The notes below the pieces were generated by a model. That model had not been told where the DNA came from, made no database searches, and saw only the letters and a program-made list of their open reading frames with translations. Made by a program: the position numbers and the translations under genes. A stretch of DNA of 64,000 nucleotides from Epiperipatus broadwayi (Eukaryota; Animalia; Onychophora), in contig JAQFVV010000001.1 of NCBI GenBank assembly GCA_028023455.1, positions 14,632,001 to 14,696,000 of the forward strand, written 5' to 3'. This document shows positions 53,179-64,000 of the stretch, piece by piece (the stretch's first letter is position 1; each line of letters begins with the position of its first letter).

Positions 53179-54343
53179 CACCTGGGTCTTTTTTTACGCG
53201 GACTTATTTAACATGATTTTGAAGTTACGCGATTCGTGTTTCACCAGAAGTCGAACTCCGATAATGCGCTATTACTTTAAATAATAAATTTCACGCACTT
53301 ACGTTTATTGAAAGTAATGGCACATTATTGGAATTCGATTTTCATCTTAGTAATTTCAATATTTTCAGTGCTTTATAATAGTAAGATTTTATGCAATAAT
53401 GAAATTAAAATTATGATTTCCACATTTTATGTATACACATTAAATTTTACAAGATTATAATGTAAATTTGTTCAAACATTGTGTGTGTTAATTTTGCACT
53501 TTAAATCACATTCTGTTTTTGCTTTTTAAAAAAGAACGTAATCAATTATTAATCATTTAGTGTCCGCAAGTTTATTTTTAAAAGGTGAGTAATCGCAGTG
53601 AAATGAAATTTGATTTTTAAACGGAATTGAAAATTAAAAAATTAAAGACAAAAATAAAAATTTAGATACAGAAGAAAATGTAGAAAAAGATAAAAGTGGA
53701 ACCTGTTCCTTTCACTGCAGAAATGATTCGAGAAGATCTTCAACTTTCTAATCAGTTGGCAAATTATTTTCTTATAAATGACACTAATCACGAACGTGCT
53801 CTTAAATTCCAACGAGAGCTAAATGATTGTGTGTCTGGATATCGCGTTCATAAACAATTAATAAAATCAACATCTCAAAGATTAATTACTAATTACGTTG
53901 TCACCAGAAAACCACACAACATGAGAGTGAAGTTGGTGCTAGTTGTATTTCCTCTTGTGAAGAATCAAAAACCAGTTTGCAAACGAACTAAATAGCGATA
54001 ATATATTAAAACGTGTGTATAAAAAATGTATGCATAAAAATACATATTGTTTTGAATAAAATTAAATATTATAGTTAAAAAATAGTTTAAAAAGTTTGTC
54101 TTGTATCAATTTTTTTCAAATTTGAAATTTTTTATTAGTCATATTTTATTTCCTTATTTTTTTTTTTTTTTTTTGCGCGAATTTTAAAGTGATTTTACGC
54201 TGGTGGTTTGCTTTTACACGAATTTTGAAAAATCACAGACCGCATCCCCCCTTTTTCGATGTAAGTTACGTCTATTTTTGCGCGATTTCGTTTGCGCTTG
54301 TTTTCTAAGGAACCTATCTATCGCATAAAACGAGACCCAGGTG
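53179..54343 (+). mobile_element. pogo/Tigger-like non-autonomous DNA transposon with a transposase C-terminal remnant
   Basis: TIRs CACCTGGGTCT..TTTTA.GCG with TA at both flanks. ORF 53696-53995 (DTNHERALKFQREL...QRLITNY) resembles the Tigger C-terminus. Confidence 0.85.
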
Positions 54344-55139
54344 TATATAATAAATTTTATATATTAAATAGAGCATAAGAGATAATTGTGAGATCAGTCC
54401 AGTTAATTCATTAGAGCAACTAAAATTAACTAAATTCACCAGCATTATCAATAAGTAAAAGTAAGTATAAGTAATACTCATCATTATGAGTGATCAACAA
54501 TCAAATAAATCAACAGACCATCTTGTGGCTGGATTAAAAATGGGTCTACTATATAGACCAAGCTAACATTGAGCCCTATGCCAGCTTGGGGTAATTATTT
54601 AAACATTAATTTGGATGCACCAACTAAGTGCTCATCCATCTGAATATATAACCATAAAAACAATAATACTGGGACATTAAAACATGCTGATCATCATCAA
54701 TGTTCTGGCTACTCAGTACCATTAATGTACTGGCCATCTATAAACTTAAATTCTAATAAAGACTAAACTAAAATAAAATGTAATACATGGGCTTTAAAGA
54801 ATACATTCTTAGCACCAGCCAGTATGATGATGATGATTGATGAGAATATCATTGTCATCACTGGATGCCCATAAACACTAATATACATCCTCTTTAGTAA
54901 TCAGACCGTTATGTTCGAATCTAGCTCAAGAGAACATAAGCTCTATTACTGTTATTGTGATCAAGAGATGATGTAAAAACATAAGCTCTAAAAACCATTT
55001 AGAATTAAATCATTGGAATAATTTTAACAATTGAATATAAGTTTATTAATAACAATAACAAAAAATGAAGTTAAGATCTCTAGAATAAAGCTATACATAT
55101 AAAATTAAGCCTTCTCATTTTGATTTAATATACAAAATA

Positions 55140-55680
55140 AAAAATTATCACATTGTGATGTACATGATTAATATACAAAATTCAAACTATATAGTGGTTT
55201 ATATATATATATATTTCAATAGATTTACTTAAAACCATTCAGCACACAGACATGTAGCTAATAATTTATGAACATATTTAAATTGTCATAAAATAACACT
55301 AATAAAAAATGATTAAAATTTACATATATGTGTGGATTAACATAATACAAAATTCAATTTATTACATTATGATTTACAATATCTCTTAATAAGTTTACTT
55401 AAAACACATATATAACGTGCACAGATGCGCATTTTATAATATACAATGAATACATATTTGAAATGACATTTAACAATAAAAAAATGATTAAATTTTATAC
55501 ATGTTTACTTGATTAATATGCAAAATTCAAGTTACTATATGGTGGTTTACATATATGTTCCAATAGGTTTACTTAATACATATATATATATATCCACGCA
55601 GACGTGAATTCTAATTTAAAATGAACATATTTAAATTTGTCAAAATAATAAATGACAATTTTTATAACACGTAATTAAAA
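55140..55680 (+). repeat. Degenerate ~173-bp tandem repeat, 3 copies
   Basis: CAAAATTCAA at 55176, 55348 and 55521 with similar flanks. Confidence 0.75.
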
Positions 55681-56444
55681 AATATAAGTTTGTGCACGTA
55701 GAAATGTATATGCACACTGATATTTATATCAAATATTTTAACTTGTAAAAATAATAGTTATTAAAATGTACATTTTCACCATTAAATTCTTTGTTGAAAG
55801 TATATATCATTCACATACACATGGGTATATTGGAAATAAAAAAAATTTAAGTCAATTATTAAATATAAGTCTACTTCTTTCTCTTTCTTTATGAAAAAAA
55901 AATAGTCAATCTCGACAGGATTACTGTTGATTGAATAATTAAATGTCTTTAAATTTAAAAATGTAGATTTTAAACATTTTCACTTATTCTCTTGAAAAAA
56001 AATATAACAGCGTCCATGAATTAAAGTTTCATTTTTTGATGTTTAACTTAAATAAAATTATTTATTTGTTCTTTAAAATGTCATTTTAAGAAATTATTTA
56101 ACAACTTACCAGCTGCACTTTATATAAATACATGTAATACATTTATCAGTGGTTCTCTGCATATAGATACAGTAGCAATCGTATACCAATCCTTAAACAA
56201 CCCTGATGGGTGTCATCATCAGGACAGGTATAATCAGGTAATTATTCGCATGCCATGAACTCCCTTCTACGACACATATGTAGCTACAAACCACTTGAAG
56301 TTAACCCGTTTCTCCATGTGAATTCAAACTCCACCATAGTGAACTATATAGCAGTCCTTTGACTTGCCCTCCTTACACTTAAATCTTCATTGTAGTTTTC
56401 TGTCCTGACTTAGAGTACTCTGCTGGCTAGATACTTCTGGCTAA

Positions 56445-56640
56445 CTATAATTACTGCCAATGGCTTCTCAAAAAATCATTAGCCAACTCTTCAAACATCA
56501 ACTCTGCTAGCCAATTATTCTGTCCAGATAATTACTGCCAATTCTTTGCAAGCAAAATTACTAGCCAACACTCTTACAAAAAACTATTAGCCAAACTCTT
56601 ACAAAACTATTACTAGCCAAACTCTTACAAAAATATTTAC
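56445..56640 (+). repeat. Degenerate ~25-30-bp tandem repeat (TAGCCAAACTCTTACAAAA...)
   Basis: Repeated TACTAGCCAA/TTACTGCCAA and CTCTTACAAA motifs. Confidence 0.7.
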
Positions 56641-58033
56641 TTAGACCTTTTTAAACTGTTTAATTTATAATAAAATTTTATTTCAAATCCAAAATTATTT
56701 TAGGAATTTTTTTTTCCAGGAAATGTACAAAAATATTTACAAAATTTTTATCATTTTTTTATTTCTACTTTTCCTTTTAACTTTATATATATATATATAT
56801 TTGTGCACACATACTATATTATTGTGTGCTACGTAATAGAAGTGTTACAATATAAATTGCAATTACAAATTAAAAAGATTTGGAACTTTGTAAATCAGAT
56901 GGCATAGTTTGAAAATTTAAATATTAAATGTCATAATATTTTGTATACATATATGCAATAAAATTCATTAAATAATATTTTGGATTAATCAGACTCAAAT
57001 TAAGTAAAACTTCTTTAAATCAAATTCAAAAGAAACTGAAGCAAAAAAAAAGTAATAGTAAAAATTTTAATCTATCCTGTTTAACTTTTTTTTATTTACA
57101 AAGAATATTTCCATTTCAATTATTTTATTTCTTTTCTATATTTCCCATAAAAAATTTTCATCCAATAGCTAACTTATTTCACTAATTTAATAATAATTCA
57201 TTGAATTATAATATATATAAGAATAAATTTCTGCTTTTTAAGACTGTTTTAATATTCACAGAAATAACTTTTTTTGATTTATCAATTTACCTAAATGATT
57301 CTTTTTTTTTCTTCTCAATTATATATTGCATTTAAAATTAAAATATTAAAAATAATTAACCAAGGAGAAATTATTTCTTGCATTTTTCTCTCTATTACAT
57401 ATAATCAAAATAGTAAAACAGCCAAAAAATAATAAAGAAAATTAATTATATTAAAATAATTATCAATGCAATTTCAATGATTGAAAAAATTTAATAGGAT
57501 AAAATTAATATTTTTTAATTGAATAAAAAGATTTTTTTGACCAATTATACTAGAGTCCAAATAAAATAAGACTGAAGTATATATAATATGATCAAGGTTA
57601 GCCAAAGACAATTAAAGAAAATGAACTTAAAATCAAAACACAGAATTGTTATATATTTTCACAATAAAAAAAAAAATTAACAGCTTGAAAAATATATTTT
57701 TACACAAACAAAAAAAAAAACAAATTACAACAACCTGACATTTAACTTACTCAAAATGTGTAATTCACAATCTACATTATTGAAAATCTTGTAGATTTCA
57801 AATTAAATAAGTTGTATAGTATGTGTAGGTGTATGTATGTATGTATATATATATACAGGTAGAAGTAATCATTAAAAAATATAATAGAAAATGTCTGTAT
57901 ACAACATTTGTATAGAACTTTTTTTTTAATTTGAAATAATTTAAAAATTTTTTTAATGTTTAAATGTCTTTTTTAATGATATCTAATTCCATGTATTTAT
58001 CAATCATTTAATTAAAAGTAAAAAAAAACTTAC

Positions 58034-58130
58034 AGGTTTAATTGTTCTTGAAAAATCCTTATTGAGAACATAAACTAGTTCTGCCTGATCAGATCGTCTA
58101 GTGGACCCCAAATTCTCTTGAGTTATTACT
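58034..58130 (-). CDS. MYCBP2: MYCBP2 exon: VITQENLGSTRRSDQAELVYVLNKDFSRTIKP
   Basis: AG/GTAAG boundaries; 97 nt, phase 2 to 0. Resembles the recalled post-PHR1 segment (EPVHILKRSFARTV). Joins both neighbours in frame. Confidence 0.88.
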
Positions 58131-59340
58131 CTAAAATTAAAAATATAAAAATCTGTATGATGTTTATTTTAAATAATATATATGAATGTGTGTGTGTAGC
58201 TATGTACAATCTAAATTTGTTCACTATAATCTGGTTAACTTTAGTAAATATCAATTGATTTCTAAGTATAATATTAAGTATATAAAACAGCATAAATTTA
58301 AATTTTTCAAAAAGGTTATCAAAATTTAATTATTATTTTAAAATAAAATGTAAGATGATATGTTCAAAAGTACTTAAGTAAAAAATTTTATAATCAAACA
58401 CAAAAAAAAATTTTCAAGCTAGTTATTATCCCTAAACAACTTGTAGTTATTATCAAAATTAGTAAATAGTACATTTTTTATAGAATGATAAATGTAAATT
58501 CATTTACTTTTAAATACTTTTATTGAAGTTGAAAAATTGGTTTGTTTGTTTATCTGTTAATTCATGAGAGGGCAGTATAAAGATTTTTTTTATTTCAATT
58601 TAATAACATTTTAAAATTTATATTTAATATATTCAAGTTCAATATAACTTGTTGAAATTCTGTACATTTGTTTCAAATATCTATGAATGTAATAGGACAA
58701 ATTAATTTTTTTAATAAATGACTTAGTTTCTTACATAGGAAGAATGGGGGGAATGTTTTAAATAATACTTGCTATCAAGTTTATTACAATTTAAGTAATA
58801 AAAAGTTGTTTATAATATAGTTTTGTTTAGCTTTTTTTTTTAAAAAAAAAAATTTTTTTTTCAAATAGAGATAAAATGTCAACAATTTTAAACAGAAAAG
58901 TTACTGATTTCTTATACATATATAATTATATACCCATACTAAATATGATATATACATAAATACTATACATATCAATTTACTGCAGAAATATCTAATGATA
59001 TATATACTATATTTGTGAAATTTATTTAAAATAAATTATATATATGAAGTGAAGTTCATTTAGAATATAATTTTGATAAGCATTTTTTTAAAATAAAAAA
59101 TTTCCAACCAAAGTAAAATTGTAACTTCTTTTCATTTAAAAAAATATTTCATATTTTTAATCACTTACATATATATTTATTATGTACACATATTAAATAT
59201 GATCTATATAAGAGGGATACATTTTAATTTATAGCAGAAATATCTAGTGATGTATATATATATCAACTACAAATGTTCAGTCACTTTAAAGTATGGTATG
59301 TTATATTTTCATTTACAGTGCCAATACTAAAAACTTAAAA

Positions 59341-59663
59341 ATAATAAAGATAATTTTTTTTATATATTAAATGCTTTTATTAACCATGCACTAAAAAACA
59401 AAAAAATAATTTCTTCAATCACTATTGGGGTTTTTAAATTTAAATTAAAATAAAAGCATGAGGAGGGGGTCCAGATATTAATTAAATCAATCCTTATTTT
59501 TTATAACAAAGGAATTGACTTAATTAATTTCTACATATCCATGCTTATATTTCAAGATAAATCTAAAAATCCCAATAATGGTTGAAAAACCAATTATTTT
59601 TTTGCTTTTTAATGCATAGTCAATAAAAGCATTTAATATAAAATATTTTTTATTTCTATTATT
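59341..59663. mobile_element. AT-rich MITE-like inverted repeat, ~105-bp arms
   Basis: TATTAAATGCTTTTATT...AAAAAATAATT...ATTGGG is mirrored at ~59560-59663. Confidence 0.7.
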
Positions 59664-62600
59664 AATTACTTTTTTCCCCTAGTGCATTACTTTGATTGGT
59701 TTAAAAATAAGTAAAAAAAATATTAAATTTCTTCAGATGAAAAAGGAAGCACAAAAAAATTCAACAAATATAATCAGATCTTAAGAATTCAAACACACAA
59801 AAAAAATTGCAGACATAAGTTCAAATTACTATTATCAAAATAAATTTCTTAATAATGATTTCATCTTTTTAGAACCGCATGTAATAAATGTAACATAACC
59901 AATCCATATTAAAGACAAATAAATTTTTTCACTATTTGTATACAAATCATGATTAGTATGCAGCATAAATCTTCAATTTCTTTTTAAAGAAATATAATGA
60001 ATTATAAATAAGCCTATCCAGTCTGACAATATTTGTTTCAATAAATAAAACCTACTTATAATGCTCATGTTTAGTAATTCTTCTTAATAGTAAATTTAAC
60101 AAAAAGTATATATTATTGAAAATTTTCTGTTAAATTTCTATATGAAAGATATTTGTGATAAAATGTTCTGTTAAAAATATATAAAATAAATAGTATTCCC
60201 TTGTCTAATGATATCATAAGTCAATAAATATATAATATTTTAGATTACACAGTAAATAATTTAGATGAATAACTTAATAACTTCAACAAAACTCTATTAA
60301 TAATTTAGATGAAATATATTGATTTTGAGTTGCAAGATAATTAAGATTTTTAAAAAAATATTAATTCTTATTTTTAAATCAAAAAACAATCCAGTTAAAT
60401 AATTGCTTTGGTATTAGTATCTTATGGAATGACAGTAATAATAGGAAAACATAAAGGCTCAATTTCATGAATTAAATTTTGCTTATAAAGATTTAACTAT
60501 AACTAATTACTTTATTATCTGAGAACAACTGGCTACCAAAGTGAAAATTGCCAATAATTTTAAATCAGTATATAAAAATAGTGATTCAAGTTTGAAAGAG
60601 AGTATTGGAAAAGTTATATTTTTAATTGTATAATTTTAAATATTAATCAATCTTAAACAAAACTGATAATGAACAGAACCCGTCTCCATCCAGAAGACAT
60701 CATTCAAATTGTAATATATAAAAATCATTAAAAGTAAATATACATATATAAAGATTAATAAACAAATATAAGTTTATTACTATCTGATTTTTCAATGTAG
60801 AAATCAAATCTACAAAAAAATATTTTATCTACAGTTTAATTATATGTGAAGAAATAAGTTCAATACAAGCATTTCTTGATACACTGACATATACAATAAT
60901 TTATCATCACTAAAGTATTTAAAATGTAAATAAAAATAGGAACATTTTTAAAAGATCATAAGTCAACATTAATAGAACATTTAAATAGTTTGCTAGAGTT
61001 ACTATACATTTTCATTAATTAATGAACAAAATTTATCAATGCAATGAATCAATACCAAAGTATTTATTTGGAATAATAAAATAGAAAATTTATTAGAAAA
61101 TTTGATATCTGATAAATCTGGTTTAAAAAAATTAATTCATCTTTTCATTTCTCTCAAATGATTTAAGGTGTAATATTAATTCAAATACAAATTGTGGATA
61201 TAAAATCATTTGATGAAACTAAGAAAAATTTCTTAATTATTTACTATCTTTTAAAGGTAATTGGTTTGACTAACATGTGAATAAAAACAACTTTCTTATA
61301 ATGTGAAGCAAATATTTTGATTTCATTGTATTAAAAAAAATTGATATCTCAACACATATCAGCTTACAGTTATGGTTTAACATTAAAAAAAAAAAATCAA
61401 AATTTTGGTTACAAGAAGATCCAACAAGCAATAAGCAAACAATGCCAAAAAAAATATTTAAAATATATAAATATATGGTATCTATAACATGTTTTTCAAC
61501 AATGATTGAAACTAAAAGATATAGAAATCAATTTGCAAATATAGATACCACTATGAGAACAAATTAATCGATTAAAGCAGAAATTTATAAAGCGATTAAA
61601 GGGAAATAACAATAAGAAAGGTATTAATAAAATTAAAAATTTAATCAATTTCAAAGAATATTGATGATGAGGAACTTCATGATTAATGACTTTGTAAAAT
61701 TTCTTATTGGTTCCCAAATATCTGTTTATTCAAAAATAAATACTCTTTTAAACTGATCAACATGAAGGATTTTTCTTTTTTTTTCAATGATATTGATGAC
61801 ACTGCAATTATCAACTTCTAAAGAATAATTGGAAAATTATCATTAATAAAAATTAAATTCATATTCTTTGAATTCATATTATAATTTGAAAATCTTCTTT
61901 ACTTAAGAATTTTATGTGCTGATAATTTTTTCTACCATTGTTTAATAAGAATCTAAATTAATATATAAAAAAAAATTAATACAGTTTTAAATAAAACGTT
62001 ATTCTTTAAAAAGGAAAAAATGATTATCACTACTTTTATGAACCTAAAAGTGATTAAAGGAAGTGCGTGTATAGCTTGTAATATTTTTAAGTTGATTCAA
62101 ATAAATGGCAAAAACAAAAAATTCCAATTTTAGAAATTAAAAACAAAATATTTGCAGTGAAGGAAAAAGATATATTTAAAGTTATGTTATTTCTGGTAAT
62201 ACATTCAAAATAAGATCTTAAAAACAGATTTTAAAAAATGCAATGAAAAATAAAGGTATTTAAAATTAAGATATTAACTAGAAAATGCCAATACATCAAA
62301 TAATAAATGACAACCAACTTTTTGCACCAAATTCAGTAGTTTTGTTTGATTTTGTGTGCACATTTCCAATAAATATGTTTTTATTTATATGGAAATGAAT
62401 TCATTTCAATAATAAAAAAATTATTTATTTTTTCTTTTAATAAAGCAAAATGATATGCAAATTTTGGTTTTAAAAAAAAGAACTAAAACGAGATTCAAGA
62501 AAAAAACTAAGTTTTGATATAAAAAAAAGTTTTTCTTTTCTCTTGGACAGACTGGAATATTACTTCACTCAAATCCCACAGGTCATTGGCTTATGCATTG

Positions 62601-63111
62601 TGAATAAAAAGGAAAAACACTACTAATAGTTAGCTAGATCTGATCTAGAACACCTGAATGATATTTTGAATAATTCCAGTTGAAATGAAGTAATAGGTTT
62701 ATTTAAAAGATAATTAGAAATTACAAGATTATATTATCACCATAAAAAACTTTTAATATTTGTCAGAAAAGAAGTAAATGACAATTATTTTGTCTTGGTG
62801 AGTCTTATATTTAAGGTCTGACTTGTACTTTATTTTAACTAATCTGAATTTTTAAATAACACTTGTTATCCAAATATTATTTTAAAAAAACTACTAATTT
62901 AAGAAAAAAAAAAGAAATGAATTTGTAATAACTTCTCTTCACTTGTTAAAATTATTTTAAATTAGTAATAATAATAATAATTGTTATACATCACATATGT
63001 AAACTAAGCATGATTTATACATATACACATATTACTATATTCATTATTTCTAAAAATTATAATTATTTAGTTAATAATAAACAAAAAATTTAAAAAATTA
63101 AAACTTCTTAC

Positions 63112-63195
63112 TTATAAAATAATTGAGGAATTTGGCCCGCATTGACATCAGTACCATTATTAGACTTTTTAGAACTTTTAAAATGAAAAACAACT
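63112..63195 (-). CDS. MYCBP2: MYCBP2/Highwire exon, end of PHR domain 1: (G)VVFHFKSSKKSNNGTDVNAGQIPQLFY(K)
   Basis: TAG acceptor at 63198-63196 and GTAAG donor at 63111. The peptide is nearly identical to the recalled PHR1 C-terminal motif FQFKSSKKSNNGTDVNAGQIPQLLY. Phase 2 end matches the next exon. Confidence 0.95.
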
Positions 63196-64000
63196 CTATA
63201 ACAAAAATAAATAAATAACACAAAATTAAATTGATATATATGTATTTTAAATATATAAAAAAAAAAAACCAACATAAAAATGTTTTTTATCTAAATTAAA
63301 TAATGGACAAAAGTTCAAAATAAATGATTTATCTATCTACACTGCATGTTTTGATTAATGATTTGTGTTTGTTGTAATTTTTAAATATATATATATATTT
63401 CACTTTAAAATATTTATATTTAAAAATATTAATACATAATTAATGCAAACTTTACACCAACTTATTATAAAGCAATTATGAAAATAAGTTAAAAACATCA
63501 ATTAGAATATAACTTTATGTTTAATATCTATCTACTAGAAAAAATTTTATTTCCTAGGTATCTTGATAGGTCATTCTGTACTATTTAGTAATTTTGATCA
63601 CATATTAAATTTTAAAAAATTTCCAGTTATAATTATATGCAAATTTATCAAAATTATTCAGCATTTGATATAATATGCAATTTCAATTTCAATTGATCCT
63701 CTTTTTAACTACTAAAGCTGTAATTATTAATTAATTATATTAAATTTCTTTTATCCTAACTATGAATGAAAGATAAATTTAAAAAAAAAGTATGTTGACC
63801 TCTCCTTTGAAATGTTTGAAATATTATTTTGAATTTTATATCAGTATATAGAAAAATCAAAAAGCTCACAACCAAAATTATTAAAATCCTTATGAAATTT
63901 TATTTTGGAAACTGTATTCCAATTAGAAGAATTACAATTTATTATATATAATAAAAATATCACTAGTTTTTTTTTTTTTTAAAAAAAATGAAAATATTAA

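Noticed and set aside
149-61717. Most remaining ORF-track entries of 60-100 aa
   Set aside because: Low-complexity F/I/L/K/N-rich chance ORFs in AT-rich intron, or antisense shadows of PLE, LINE and exon frames.
60400-61900. Possible LINE endonuclease remnant
   Set aside because: Only a vague resemblance in very AT-rich sequence; too weak to call.

Overview
Very AT-rich animal genomic DNA, probably arthropod-like judging from the protein sequence; the species cannot be determined from this window. The window lies entirely inside one minus-strand gene, a MYCBP2/Highwire/RPM-1 E3 ubiquitin ligase. Seven GT-AG exons (1066 coding nt, ~355 aa) splice in frame from the end of PHR domain 1 to just before PHR domain 2. 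Introns run from 120 bp to 18.5 kb and are filled with decayed LINEs (RTE-like, CR1/Jockey-like, a CCHC ORF1), four Penelope-like element (PLE) fragments and several MITEs. The main discovery is three unrelated hammerhead-ribozyme (HHR) carriers. (1) An intact type I HHR sits in the loop of a 67-bp terminal-inverted-repeat element (5375-5610). (2) A ~445-bp retrozyme-like tandem/dispersed repeat has a consensus that is a type I HHR, and its head-to-head array is joined at the predicted cleavage site (23.5-25.5 kb, plus copies at 20, 30 and 40 kb). (3) Two diverged PLE 3' ends carry a non-canonical HHR-like fold with an A3-U8 core (AUGARUA instead of CUGANGA) and covarying stems (43022-43060 +, 43469-43514 -). 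All ribozyme calls come from folding by eye and all protein-family calls from motif recall; no searches or assays were run.
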